Positions 1-14,244 of a DNA stretch of 64,000 nucleotides are shown one piece after another (position 1 is the stretch's first letter; every line of letters begins with the position of its first letter). The position numbers were made by a program, and so were the translations under genes. This DNA is from Takakia lepidozioides. Taxonomy: Eukaryota; Plantae; Bryophyta. The notes beneath the pieces were generated by a model. That model made no database searches. It saw nothing but the letters and a program-made list of their open reading frames with translations, and had not been told where the DNA came from. The DNA lies in assembly GCA_030704615.1 (NCBI GenBank), contig CM060733.1, positions 32,612,001-32,676,000 of the forward strand, read 5' to 3'.

Positions 1-49
1 TTCCTACCATGGTACATGCTAATAGAGAAAATCATCTTCTAACACTGAC

Positions 50-1986
50 CACTGAATTCTTCGGTTTCAGTGCCTTCATGCGTGGATAGGTCCACCTTCT
101 CCTCAATCTTCGTTTTCATCTCCACACATTTGTACGGCTGATGGTAGCCCGATGTCTTGCAGGAATACTTGTCTGCTTGCTGCCATTCAGTGGAAAACAC
201 AACATTAGAAAAGGATAGTCCCTGGTGTAGGGCCAACGACTCAGCTCGGACACTTCAGTATCAGAATATACTCATGCCGTTCCCTGCGAATGTTGGCTTG
301 CCATAGCCTTACAGCCATTGACCTCTTAGGTGTCAGAGAGGGTAGGGACGAGAGAGGGAGTGAGAAGAAAGAAGCGTGTCCAAGGGAGGCTGAAGGGCAA
401 CCAGAGAGGAAGATAAGTAGGGAGGGATATCAAACAATCATTTGATTGCAAATGACAAACGTGACTGGAAAAAGAGCTAGTGCAGCAATCCCACATCTGT
501 GAGTTTGAGGAATATGTGATCACCTTCTCAAAGTGGGAGCAGGGCATACAAGGGCCTGATGGCTTGCACATGAAACTGCTGTTTCCTTGGCTCTCCTTGT
601 AAATGGTCTCATGCTCTTCATTCCTACACCAGAACAGTGTTATCATAGAGTAGCTTAAAGGTACACAGGACTCCAGCAGTAAGCTAATAATAAGCTTAAG
701 TTGAATAAAGAGCTCGCTCCTTACCTCTCAAACTAAGATTGCCCCTCCTACACAAAGGAAACAATTTACCACACATAATGCTTTTGTGAACAAAAATCTG
801 AGCGATAGGTCTTCATTTGCATACTTGTGACTGCTTCTGCAACTTTCAGATTCAGTCTGTCAAGCAGGATTAGAGTCTACTAAAATTGCCCAGAGCACTC
901 TGCAAACGTGGCTTGCCTAGGTTGGATGCCATGAGGGTACCATGATGTTGAGAGAGTCATCAGGAGTTAAAGTTTGGTGTGGGCTCACCCCCAACCAAGC
1001 TTCTTCACCCGGTTGCTGCCTACAATTAGGTACAGTAGGTTCAATCCTCTGAAGAGATTGTCACCAGGTTGTGACCAAACACTGTGAGGTCTGTTCCTGC
1101 CTTCTCAGAAAGTCTTGCTGAATGCAGAATGATACTCACTTCCCTTCCTGATTTGATGAGCTCAGTGCACTAAACACCCCAGTGACTGACAACGTGCAGA
1201 GCAAACATTATGCCAATTTCAAAACCCCAAACATCAACAATGTGGATATGTCACCCAAACAAGGAATAGCCATTTCTATGCCTTCCACTTCTATACTTGC
1301 AAGTTTAGATCTATTGGCCTCGTTCTCCTCCAGCATTCGTACTTTTACACTGGGAAAGTGATCAAAATAAGATAAAGATCGCTACAGAGCCTCACAATAT
1401 TGCAATTGAGCATTTGCAGACTCCATGCCAAGGGCTGGGAATGATAATCTGACGTATTGCCTCAGGGGCATTCAATGACAACAACCCAGAGGTCTTTTAA
1501 GTATCATCGATTCTATAGACCGTGTTTACTTAAATGATCATCACTCCATCTACAGATAACCTCCCATGCAGAGACCTTCTTATTGTATCTTTATTGGAAT
1601 TCGAACTAATGTTGTTTCCCATTTGCATGAAGTTCATGATAAATTCTGTTGATGAAGTGCCATGTAATTAAAAAGAGTCCCTACAGCGGTCAAGAAAGCT
1701 GCTTTTGGCCTAGCTTCTATGTGTTCAGAGCAACAGCCATGTGGATCACGACTTAGAAGTAATAGAAATAGCCCGTACAAGAACCTCCAGGAGACTTCAA
1801 AACGCTACTATGATTCCTGACAAATGCCTGAGGACTTCACAACCCACGGCATCTGGCAGGGAAGAGGGAGTACCAGGCAAGGAAGAGAGCAGAACAAGTC
1901 CAAGGACTTAGGCACAGCATAGCCAGCATGCACAGCAACACCACCAGCGCCAGGCCAAACCGATTGCGACTCCATATCTGGGCCAT
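50..1986 (-). CDS. Partial spliced gene, JTB (jumping translocation breakpoint)-like Cys-rich membrane protein; 3' part runs off the window
   Basis: Hydrophobic N-terminus from ATG 1986 (MAQIWSRNRFGLALVVLLCMLAM). Exons 623-524 and 179-50 are flanked by AG/GT and join to CKPSGPCMPCSHFEK-QADKYSCKTSGYHQPYKC, resembling the JTB CxPC...C..TGY....C pattern. Intermediate exons were not resolved. Confidence 0.5.
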
Positions 1987-2591
1987 CTTCTTCCACCCCT
2001 CGAAACCTAATTTGCTACTCCAATTCAACACCAGCGTCTTGACCACTTCAAATCTCCCATGCCGCTAAACATACACCAAATTCCTGGGCTTCTTTGATCC
2101 AATCTTCCTTCTCACTATCTCCATTTGCATCTCTTTCTTCACTTCTCGATCGTTCATTCCTGCCTTCCGCCATCGCTCAGCACTCTGGCGCGGGAGTGAG
2201 CTGGCATCCTCCTGGATGAACGTTCGATCTCATCACCTTACCGGACAGAATTATTTGACCTACTCATGGATGAAGACAATGGATGCAGAGAGTACGGTCT
2301 GTTGCCGATACGTTTTTTCATTCGCTCGCTTTCAAAATGAGGAGGGAAACCGTACCGAGAATGTTGGATGACATCCATCCATCAGGGCTACTTATGGATG
2401 CAATAATGCCTATGGATGCACGAAGTACGGTCATTTACGGTTGCCATGCATTCCCGCGTCCTTGGCCGAATTAAAAATACCCAACCAGAGGCGGCCGCGT
2501 GGCTCCCGACGATAGTTAGGGCACACCGTCCTGTAGGAGATTTTGACCGTTCGATCAGATTGTTAGAACCTAGATTGGATCTGGGCCGGCA

Positions 2592-2670
2592 GTTCTTGTG
2601 GAAGGCCCCGGAATGTTCCAGAGAGAGAGAGAGAGGGAGGCAGCAGCGGTGCTGCCTGCCTACATATTTG
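2592..2670 (+). promoter_or_regulatory. Heat-shock element and TATA-like box upstream of HSP70
   Basis: gGAAtgTTCcaGAg at ~2610-2623 matches the nGAAn inverted array, with further TTC/GAA units upstream. TACATATTT at ~2661. Confidence 0.55.
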
Positions 2671-2799
2671 CTCTCTCTTGGAATGTTTCGCACTGCGGCT
2701 GCAGATTTGTAGGTTTTTCTTTCGACAGTGTGAGTTCTAGTTTGTGGTTGTTGCTGGAGATCTGTTTTCCAGTCTGTTAAAGCTTCAGATTGGGTAGCA

Positions 2800-5065
2800 A
2801 TGGCGGGCAAGGGAGAGGGGCCGGCTATCGGCATAGACTTGGGCACGACTTACAGCTGCGTAGGAGTGTGGCAGCATGATCGTGTGGAGATCATTGCTAA
2901 TGATCAGGGTAACCGGACCACACCTAGTTATGTTGGTTTCACTGACACTGAGCGCCTCATCGGTGATGCTGCCAAGAATCAAGTGGCGATGAACCCCACC
3001 AACACCGTCTTTGGTATGTCTTTTACGCGCTGGCTCTTGTTGGTTTCTCTTTGAGATTTTACTGGCTTCTGAGTACGGTGTTTTGGTGTGTTATGCACGG
3101 CTGGATATTCTGTATGTTTGATCTGTTCGTGTTCTTTTTCTTTGTGGCTTTGTGGCGTCTGGAATGTCTGCTTTGTAGCGATGTCTTACTGTTCCGGTGG
3201 TAGATCATTTTGTGACTTCTGAGTCCGATTATGACAGACAGTATCCTGCTTTTCATGCGGCTTTTGTTGTGGAGTCATGTTTTGGCACTCACAATTCTGT
3301 TCTTCGTGCAGATGCGAAGAGGTTGATCGGAAGGCGATTCAGTGATGCCTCTGTCCAAAGTGACATGAAGTTGTGGCCCTTCAAGGTGACCCCAGGGCCA
3401 GGCGACAAGCCTATGATCGGTGTGCAGTATAAGGGTGAGGAGAAAATGTTTGCTGCTGAAGAGATCTCCTCCATGGTTTTGATTAAGATGAAGGAAATTG
3501 CTGAGGCATATCTTGGATCTACCATCAAGAATGCTGTTGTGACGGTGCCAGCCTACTTCAACGACTCCCAAAGGCAGGCCACCAAGGATGCTGGGGTGAT
3601 CGCAGGATTGAATGTGATGAGAATCATCAACGAACCGACTGCCGCAGCTATTGCTTATGGTCTGGATAAGAAAGCTACTAGTGTAGGCGAGAAGAATGTC
3701 CTCATTTTTGACCTTGGAGGTGGTACTTTTGATGTCTCTCTTCTCACGATTGAGGAGGGTATTTTTGAGGTGAAGGCCACCGCTGGTGACACTCACCTTG
3801 GAGGAGAAGATTTTGATAATAGGATGGTGAATCATTTCGTCCAAGAGTTCAAGAGGAAGTACAAGAAGGATATTAGTAGCAACCCTAGGGCTCTACGTAG
3901 ACTCAGAACTGCTGCGGAGAGGGCGAAGCGCACTCTGTCATCAACTGCCCAAACCACCATTGAAATTGATTCGCTGTACGAGGGTGTAGATTTTTACTCG
4001 ACGATCACTCGCGCTAGATTTGAGGAGTTGAACATGGACATGTTCAGGAAGTGTATGGAACCTGTAGAGAAGTGTTTGAGGGATGCGAAGATGGACAAAA
4101 GCTCTATCGACGATGTCGTGCTGGTTGGTGGGTCAACTCGTATTCCCAAGGTCCAGCAACTTCTGCAGGACTTTTTCAATGGTAAAGAGCTGTGCAAGAG
4201 CATCAACCCTGACGAAGCTGTAGCGTATGGGGCAGCCGTTCAAGCTGCTATTTTGAGCGGTGAGGGAAATGAGAAAGTTCAGGACCTGTTATTGCTTGAT
4301 GTTATTCCCTTGTCTCAGGGTCTTGAGACGGCTGGAGGAGTGATGACCGTCCTCATTCCCCGGAACACAACGATCCCCACGAAGAAGGAGCAAGTTTTCT
4401 CGACTTACTCGGACAACCAGCCTGGAGTGTTAATTCAAGTGTACGAGGGTGAGAGGGCCAGGACACGTGATAACAACTTGCTTGGAAAGTTTGAACTCTC
4501 TGGCATCCCCCCTGCTCCCCGCGGAGTGCCCCAGATTACTGTTTGTTTTGATATCGATGCCAACGGTATTCTGAATGTCTCTGCCGAGGACAAGACCACC
4601 GGTCAGAAGAACAAGATCACCATAACAAACGACAAGGGCAGGCTAAGTAAGGATGAGATTGAGAAGATGGTACAGGATGCTGAGAAGTACAAGTCAGAGG
4701 ATGAGGACCACAAGAAGAAGATCGAGTCCAAGAACAGTTTGGAGAACTATTCCTACAACATGAGGAACACCATTAAAGATGACAAGATTGCCGGCAATCT
4801 AGACCCAGCCGATAAGAAGAAAATTGAGGATGCCGTGGAGGCTGCTATTCAATGGTTGGACCACAACCAGTTGGCAGAGTCAGATGAATTTGATGACAAG
4901 ATGAAGGAGCTTGAGAGTATCTGCAATCCCATCATTGCTCGAATGTATCAAGGTGGTGCTGGAGGTCCTGCAGGGGCTGCTCCCTCATATGGTGCTTCTG
5001 CCGGAGATGGAGACGATGATATGCCCTCGTCAGGTGCTGGGCCCAAGATTGAAGAAGTTGATTAG
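2800..5065 (+). CDS. HSP70: Cytosolic heat shock protein 70 (2 exons: 2800-3013 and 3312-5065; 655 aa)
   Basis: [20 protein letters not shown] and [13 protein letters not shown] signatures, and C-terminal [12 protein letters not shown] intron 3014-3311 follows a 214-nt first exon, the position typical of plant cytosolic HSP70s. Confidence 0.98.
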
Positions 5066-8000
5066 ATTGGTTGCAGAACCTGGGGGGGGGGGGTGGGTTG
5101 GGGGAAGGCAGGGAAAGATTGGTATGAAAGCATTTCGTAATAGAGATTAATTGCTGCAGGTCAGTCAGAAGATAAGTGTAGGTTGCCTGTGCAACCATTT
5201 TACTTCATTGTATCGACTGATTATTCATTATTCCTTGATCATTCTTTACTCAAGGTTTGAATCAGTTTGTCAACTGTGCTGGTATTGTTTGATTCTGCTT
5301 AAGACTTTCATTATGGTTTGTTGACTGACCTGTCCTCTTGACCTAATACCTTTTCTTGCTTATGCTGAGGAAAAATTTCCAATATAATTTTGTCTAGTCT
5401 TCCTCATTCCCTCTATGGAAAACAAGTGAGGAAGGACCTTGCATCGGCTGCAGTAGCCTGCATACTGATTATCAAGTGCAGGCGCTTATCCCATGCAAAC
5501 AGAAGGGAGTAGGGGATTTACAAGGTAGTCGAAGGACTTAAACATTTTCTCACAGAAGGACCAGTGCTGGACCTGCATGCACTGGTCAAACAAAAGCAGA
5601 GTAAGCATGTTACAAACTGAAAATGTGGAGGCATGCTAATTCTAACAGGCAAAATGAGAGGTCCTAACGTCCTAACCGTTGAGGTGGAAAACTGTTCTTG
5701 TGTCCTGCATTTTGAGCCTTACCCCATAGATTTTCGAAGTCTAACAGCCCACAAAACACAATCTTTGAGCCCAATTTGGACAACATCCCAATCTTAGTGA
5801 CAAAAGAACATTGCGACACAAATGTGATAGTTTCAATCTTCGGACTCTCCAAGTCTTCAATGAGGTTTTGAGTTCTATATGACATGGAATCAGACCCTTT
5901 TTTTGGCCTCCTCCCTAATGTGTGTTAAACCCTTTGATACCTTCTTCCTGAGTAAGACAATACAGCCAGTAGTTCACCTACAAACAACATGTGTGCACTG
6001 TACAATGACCTCTAACCTCCGCCTAACTTATCTTAAGCTCCCTTCCTCTCAGAAAACATGAAACCCTATTAGGGTTTTCTAGAACGAAGGCCACATAGAT
6101 GATAGCTCAGATTCTCACTGGCTACAGTTGGAGTTGAGACTGGCTTGCATGTGCCTCAGTCTGGATTGCTCCCACCTCTTCTTCCTACCATCCACTGCCC
6201 AACTTTGCAAGCTTCCATGGCGGAGGCGAAGCAGGGGATGATTTGAAAAGCCGTTAGCGATCCAGAGGCAACGGCAACATACTCTGCTTGGGTCATCCAT
6301 CCAGCTCATTTTATGTAATGTAAAGAATAATCAATTTTGAGTCTCATTTACAACTTGGAAGCTCTCAAGGGCTACCTCCCCTTTTACCATAAAACAAAAT
6401 TTAAAAAAAACTTGGAAGCAATATCTGATAAAATAAAATAAAAAATTAAGAAAGCAATATGTTTTATTTTTATTTTTCCAATGCAGGCCTGGGCCCTGCA
6501 CAGTGAGACTTTTCTTGGTTTTCTCTTTTTTTCTTTTTCCGTTTTGAAAAGGGAAGCAATATTCTCAATATACACTGAGTGGAATAGTAACAAGCGATAG
6601 TGCTATTTGCAGAACATGGGGATCATGTAGGGAAATTTTTTACGACTTTTTGGTTGTTCCAATTGAGTGTAGCAGCGCACGATGCAGTCCATTGCATCGT
6701 TTACGCCACATTTGTTCAAATTGAAGTATCTTGAGAAGCTACTCCTTCCCATCCGCTAAATCGGGGTTCAAAGATCATTCCAGCTTTCACTACATGGAAG
6801 GCTTGGTGAGGAGGTGGAGCATCATGTGCCAAGGTCCATGACGAGATGCAGAATTCTCTATCTACATTTTTCAAATTGAAGTTTTGAGAAGCTCCTCCGA
6901 TCACGTAAACCAATGGCAGAAAGATCGCGGGTTGTTGTGTTGTGTGTACTTCTTGGTTGTTCCGAGAGACGAGCATAGCGGTGTGTGATGTGGTCCACAA
7001 CAAGAATACACAATTACCCTTTCAACTCGAAGTCTTCAGAAGGGGGGTTGGTATCCAATGAGCACAGCATGAGCAGAAAAGGCATGTGCAGGAAAAAATA
7101 CAAGCATAAGCTCGATCCACACTTATAAGGATAATATGTTTGTAAATGAAAATACAAATCATAGGCAAACATAGGTATTGCTACGTTAATAGGGTCCATG
7201 ACATGGTCTATGAGTATATTAGCTAAAACCCTCTATATAACACTAAAATTTAATAGTTTATTATAATATTATACACAGAAGTATGTCCGCTAGTGGAACT
7301 AGTTCAAAATTTCTGCTCATAAAATCAAGCCACATAGATACTGGGACCGGGCAGCAACCGGCTCCGGAGCTTGTAAAGTGGGGCTGGCGCTACAAGTTGT
7401 ATAATAATCGTATGGCATTCCAGTCTTGGGGGAATGCAGCCGCCCAATTGGAAGAATTTTTTTAGCTTCGATATCCTTCTCACTTTCCCAAATGCTTACA
7501 ATTATGGCTGCAATTACTTAGAGCATATTGTTGTAGGGGAGCTCTAGCTCTATGTGAAAGTCAAAAGCTGGCTTTGAGCAGACAATGTTGAGTCTCGTTT
7601 AGGCACTTGAAGGCAGTGTGAATGTGAACCAACTTGTATTTGGCAGAACAGTGGAGAGTTGTCTGCACATGCCACCGCGGAATGCAGGGGGCCGGCCAGC
7701 ACCCCAGGGCTTTGAGATATAGCCCTCTGTTGAGACGCCAATAACTTGTCATATTTGTGGTAGCGGTCAACACTACTGTCACCACTAGGGTAGAGAGCCC
7801 AATTACCTGCATGTTATTGAATCGTGCAACCAAAGACCCCGCTCCCCAAACCATTTCTTATGCAAACATGACCCAGCTTCTTACGCGGAGTAGGCCCTAT
7901 GGATACGCTTGATCCACATATGCTCACTCAAGAAATTTCACAAACCCTGTGACATATCAATGCCTCCATATCTTTCATTGGCTATTACAAATATACATGG

Positions 8001-10119
8001 ATCACAATCCCCAGCCGAAGATTTTGGTATTCATTATACTTGGACCAAATGTTGCCCACATGGTAAATGATTTCTCCAGACCTGTATGTTTACATCTTAG
8101 TTTTCAGGTGACAGTGCACACAATTATGTAGTTCGTTGAAGTACTCCAGTGTTGTTGCTTTGCACTGTTCACTAGCGAAAAAGTGAACGACGAGGACTAT
8201 ATTTCTGTAGATCCGGTCTTGTGTGGGGAGATTTGAGCTTCTGCTGCTAGTGGATCAGTTATGCTACACTCTCCTGCGAGGACCCTACAACTGCGTTCTG
8301 CTCTTGCACTTAGATATTTCAAGGCACCTCACATGTTGCTGGCCAACATTGTAGCGTACACATGTGCATTATGAAGTCATGATTCCAGTCAGTTCCAACT
8401 TCTCGAGTCGAAATTGGGTGCGAACATAAATTCGAGCGAACTGGACTGAATGATTCTACCCAATTCACCTCTCCTATATCCACAATTTGCATGTCTGGTT
8501 TTATTCCTCCTTCATGGGCGATGTTTGTTACCACACATGTCTAGCTTGCTGATGAGTCGAATACATGAACCTTAGCGAGATCAGAACTGCAAGATCCTCT
8601 AGAGCTGCATGGGAGTGAATGTACTATGTGGCTCCAGTACATTGAGGTTTCAGACGAAGGATTCTTAATACTCGAATAGACATGATCTATGTGACATAAA
8701 GGGGGCAGTAGTCGTGAGGCAAAGTGCCTCTTAGTTACGCCAGCTTCGGCTGGAGTCTTTCCCTTCTCTCTCTCTCTCTCTCTCTCTCCCTCTTTGTTGT
8801 TTAGGGTTTCAGTTGAGAGCTCTTCAAACCTTGAAGAGCTCTTTTTTGTTTATACTTTGATGTGTTGCTATGCAAGGACATTCACAAAGTATATCCTTGG
8901 TGAGCTGTCCTAGTTTGTTTTTCTTTAAGAAAAGAACAATGTATATGCTTTATCTCTTTGAAAATAAGGATTGCAAATACGTTGACCACCTGAATGAAAG
9001 GGTAACCCTTTCATTCAGGTGACCATTTATGATGTCATCATTGTCTAACTACCCCGTTTGTGCAATGAGGTATTTCCAAACAGGTGACATTCTAAAGGTT
9101 AGCCTCAAACACCATAGACGGCTCTTTATGGTTGTCCATCGAGTTGGCAGCTCCTCCACTAGGTGATGCTAATCTCATCATAATGGCAAAGTGGCTGCCC
9201 CACTTTTGCAATTATATGTGCCTACCCACTTGGCCCTTCCTAAGTGACACCTACATGTCAAACAAGAGGGATATGCTACTCCTTCCCTCTAGACTGAAGA
9301 TGGCTTCAGTCTCAGCCATGTTCCTCTATTTCTAGCCTGGTGACTGTGCTGCAAGTAAGGAGGTTGTTCTTGTGACATCATGACACACTTCAAGGTTCCC
9401 CTCTATTTTCCAGTTTAGTTTGTGGTGAAATGCATTGCCTCAGCAATTTCTTTCATCTTTTCAAGAACATAGTTTGAAGGTTATGACTGTTTATATGTGT
9501 GGGAAGCTCAGTGCTAGCTTCCTAATTTCTCTCATTAAATGGCTATCACATTCTCTTCTAAACCTATAGATGAATTGTCTTAAGAGTGGACATCGATAAC
9601 AAGTGGGTTGGGCTTAGAAAGCCTGGTATTCCACAACAGTGACTAACCTGTTGGTTGTGTGGGTGCTTGTGATGGGACCAGGTGAGGTTCCAGCCCTTAC
9701 TTTTAGGCTTGTTTCTTTTACATGGAACTTGCGGAAGAGACAACATGAAGGCTAAGTTTTTTCCTTTTTGTTTTGTTTCCTAGGATTCTTCTTTGTTGGC
9801 TGCCTTTTGAAGGTATTAGAGTGTGTAGAAGACCTCCCTCCCAAAATCACCCCTCATTGGCTGATTTGTGGTGGTTTTCTTCTTGGTACATCTAGTATGT
9901 GCTTAAGAAGATACAAGAAATGTCTTCTTGATCATTCGACTCTAGTCCTGTTTTTTACTATTGTGTCTACTTCTGCATAGGTTGAGCCTAAGGCTTTAGG
10001 CTACCCATTGTTCTTTTCCTTAAGCTTGAGACTTACTCCCAAGTGAGGTGAGAAATACCCATCCTCCCACCCACTTTGAGGCTGGACTTTTGAGTTTGGA
10101 ATCTGTGACATAACAAATT

Positions 10120-11400
10120 CTAGTTGAATAATTTGAGCGTGGCTTCTAACACTTGCAGTAAGAGAATAATCGTAGACACCACTACACTAGGCATAACAAT
10201 TCCATACGCATCTCGTAGTACTATGAGAGTATTGGGACCTAGAGCAGGAGTACAAAGAATTGGTGAAGAGCCTATCAATACGGGCAATTGTGCACAGACA
10301 GGGAAAGCTTGTAGAAAACGTGTTGCAACCAAGAACACATCAGCTACGGGTCTTTGGACAGCGGAGTGTATGCAGGTTGCCATAGTAGTTATTCGTGAAC
10401 CAAAGATTGGTAACAAGCAACGTGTAATGGTTGCAATGCATGAGAGGTATACGGGGTATCACTGCAATAAGATCAAGACCCATAGCAATAGCTTCTGTGA
10501 TTGCATCTAGACCGACCCATGACCATCAAGGAACAAAAGACGGCCGCGATTATCAAGACTTACACCTCTTGGAACAAATCGCTTGAAATGTGCAACCACC
10601 GAGAGAACAATGCAACCGTCATCCATGTTTTTTTTCGCGTCGCCATGCCTACATTCAACTCACAAAATGCACATAGTCTTCCATGAAACATTCTCCTTTG
10701 AAAATATAGTTCAGTTTGGAATATGAGTGTCGATTGCACTCACACATGCTAAGCACGTTAACCAATCACGGTTCTTTGGAAGTGTAGTATAGAGTACTGC
10801 ATGAGATCCTCGCAATGCTAAAACTTTTATCTCGCTTGTCTTCCTTGCCATGCACCTAGTCTCATCACAATTGTGAATATGTTGAGGTGGATATGCGTGT
10901 TCTGCATATGTACTTGCCAATAATTTGTAAAAGTTATCGATTTTTGCTCTCACGACAGCTGTAGATCGACTTCTCTCCAAACCTTGGCCTACTCAAAAAA
11001 CAACTTGTGGATGTCTTTTGTGGAAGTCCCTCCACCAATGTTTACCGCACAAACCATTTAGGAATGGAGTTCCTCTTATTCGAGTAGTTCCTACAGCCTT
11101 TGATCAAGCTTTGATCACAATATATCAAATTGTAATACATTGACCAAGCCTCTGCAATCTAAGAACCCATGAAACTAGCTGTGCATTTTCATCTCTCACA
11201 CCCAATTGAGGATTAGCTCATTTTTTCTTGCTACTAGTTTTTTTTATCCAACCAACCTCTTACGTTAGATTCAGGTATACCGTGTTTTCTGCTTGCTTTT
11301 CAAAAAGCTGGGACTTAGATAGGAACATAATGCCATGACTGATCGGCTCCTGCTAGGAATTTGGAGAAAGTTGCGTTGGTTGGAATAGTAAGTCAAGCAA
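10120..11400 (-). mobile_element. Degenerate pogo/Fot1-like (CENP-B HTH + DDE_1) transposase
   Basis: IHNCDET..., KVLALRGS..., DWLTCLACVSA..HIP, then frameshifted LDGHGS and SHALQP remnants. Upstream WWRDFHKRHP is HTH-like. Many stops and frameshifts. Confidence 0.75.
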
Positions 11401-12520
11401 TGACTCGTGCCCTTACTCCTAACAATATTATGAGTGGCTTTTGAGCAACAGGGATCATGGCCATTGAATCCATATGCATGTGCAAGCAAATTTGGACCAA
11501 GTGAACTGTATGAGACTATATCATGCAGTGAAGAGGACAAGCTTAATTAACATTATCTAGAGCCTCTAGAGATTCATGTGAATGAAGTTGAAGTCGAAGT
11601 GGACGAGGAAAATGGAATGAATGTCACTCTGTTGCAGCTTAGAAGCGGTATACTTGAGATGGATGAAGAGGTCGTGGAGCCCTATATTCTAGAACCATAC
11701 AAACCAATGCAGGAGGAAAATCCACTTGATCCACTGACTACATGCGTAGATCAAGAACGCAGGTTCAATTACATAGCACCATATGTACCTCTCTGTGAGG
11801 CCATACACGATCTAAACATAGCTACATATGGGATCAAAGACATAAATTGCTATGGAATATACCCTTTGCGGGGGGCACTTCCAAATACTCCCACTCGACA
11901 TGCAAAAGAATATAGGGTACAATACATTCTTGGCAAATAAAATTTAGAAAACAATTAAAAAAAAATGGGTACCAATATATCGTGCTTTCAGAATTTAAAT
12001 GAAGATAGGGTCTGGAATATACACTACCAATTCTTGTTTTTTTTCAACTACCAATATTATGGTCCCGATAAAGACCGGGGACGTCTGGTTACTGGTTTAT
12101 TTGCAATGGGTACTTCAAACTCAGGCAGGCTAGACTTGGATTTGGGGACTTAAACTGTTGATGGCACTTGGTTTGCACCTGGTTCGCATCTTAAATTCAA
12201 GTATGATATGACTAATAGTAAATGGATAGACATAGATTCAATCATTAGTTTAATTACAATGACTTTTGACAAAGTTTAGAATGATTATAGCTTGAATGCT
12301 ACGTCCGATGCCCAAGCTTTGGATGAGCTGTTTCTTTCAACCAAGTAATGAATTATTTTTACTATAATTTTTTTAAATTCATGTATTGTTTTTCTTTTTG
12401 TATTGTTATTATAGCGTGCCTGAAATTTACTAGCAGCAGCAAAATATAATTAACATAGCCTGTAAGAAAATCCAGCATTTTACAAATTTATGTAAGTATA
12501 AGGTGGCCGATAAAGATCAG

Positions 12521-12558
<38 letters not shown>

Positions 12559-13719
12559 ATCCAAATTACCTTTTTTTCGCAGGTGATATTTAAAATATAT
12601 TAGGAGAGGCCCCCGGGGAACATATGTGACAGTGCCAGAGCATGAACAAGTTGATGGGAAACAGGTGCATGCACATTTGCATGAAAAAGAGAATGTCAAG
12701 ACTGAGGTTTATGTTGTGGACGCAAATTCATGCAATGACAGACAAACCCTGGATGAATTTCATCTTATTTCACCCTAGTAGGAAATAACTCCAATAAGGT
12801 ACTAATTGCGCAACTATCGGGCTCTCTACCCTAGTCATAACGACTGAAGCAAAAGGTTGCAAGACATTAATGAGACGAAGACTGCAAGCAAGGATGTCGA
12901 TGGTTGTGCTGCTCAATTTGACGTCATTGCCATTTGATCGCTCCCGATGCAATCACTCAAATGGTTGTGGATGTTTAAGTTGGAAACTCTTGATTATATC
13001 TTTAAATCATTCCCTGCTTCAACTGTACCCAATCGGTGCCCAGGTTGAGCATCTCTCTATACCACCAAACGGAGACTTCCCTATCTCTTTTCTTCTCCTA
13101 TACTAAGATCAAGGAGGATCAACGGAGTCTACCCTCCAAAACTTTAGTAGTGATTGAGGAACGCAAGGTGAAAAGAGCCTTAATCCTGCCTTGCTGATAA
13201 TTTCGGACGACTATTTTGAGCAGACGGTCCACAATACAGTACTATTCTATTTATTATTTATTTATTTTATATTCTATATATAATGATGATAACTGGATGA
13301 CGTTGGGTCCCTCTACATCTTAGGATTTTTAGTGATCTTATGATATTTTAGATGCATAAAAAAATTATCCTATTATTTTTTGGAAAGAACTGCCCTCAAA
13401 ATTCACTATTAAACAGAGGGAAAAATGACCTTCACATATGTTATATTGTCTCCAGGTACCAACATGACCCTAAGTTTGGTGACAAACTTTGGAACCTTTT
13501 TTTTTTTTGGGAAGAGGGACGGAGCCTCAAAACTTTAATTATTTGAAGGGAAAAAAATTAAAACCCTTTGATGCCCGAAGGCTGTCATAAGGCTTAACAC
13601 ACGGCAAGGCGTGACGGATATCCCAATGAACTATGACTGTGCTGCAGAAATACAACAAAGGGTTCAATGTATGTATGTCACCATATCACATATTGGAATC
13701 CACTCATATAAACAAATGT

Positions 13720-14005
13720 TTATACCAAACAGGAGCTTGTCCCTTTGACAATACCTCTGTTGAGGTATCACCATATGTGAACCCTAATGTGAGACTATAC
13801 CTCTGTTAGTATACCAAACAGGAGCTTGTCCCTTTTACTATACCTCTGTTGAGGTATCACCATATGTGAACCCTAATCAGCTCAGACTATACCTCTGTTA
13901 GTATACCAAACAGAACCCTCATTTTCAGATTATACCTTTGTAAAGGTATTATCAACATAAGGGACCCTAGCAACCTCAGACTATACCTCTGTTAAGGTAT
14001 CAACA
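13720..14005. repeat. ~90-bp tandem repeat (about 3 units) made of ~45-bp subunits carrying the hairpin ATACCTC-TGTT-GAGGTAT or variants
   Basis: The ATACCT(C/T)TGT core recurs at ~13751, 13796, 13839, 13888, 13931 and 13982. The first two pairs of alternate spacers are near-identical. Confidence 0.8.
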
Positions 14006-14244
14006 TTGAAATGACTTAGTGAAATTAAGGGCATTTGGAGGATTATTTGGAAGATATTTGAGGGCCCTTTGAGGATTGTTTAGAAGATCTTTGGGGTCCT
14101 TGGAGGATTGTTTGGATGATCTTTGGGGTCCTTGGAGGAGTATTGGAGGACACTTCGAAGAGCTTTGATGGACAAAATTGAAGAGCTCTTGAAGGATACT
14201 TGCCACAGCCATTGCTGGAGGGAGAGTGGTGGGATGAGAACATT

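Noticed and set aside
3197-3311. N-terminus of the 622-aa ORF as the true HSP70 start
   Set aside because: It is intron sequence. The real start is 2800, with splicing 3013^3312.
6600-10110. Genes in the short ORFs between HSP70 and the pogo remnant
   Set aside because: Fragmented frames with no motif I can assign. Probably decayed TE sequence, with only a faint gag-like trace at 9300-9700.
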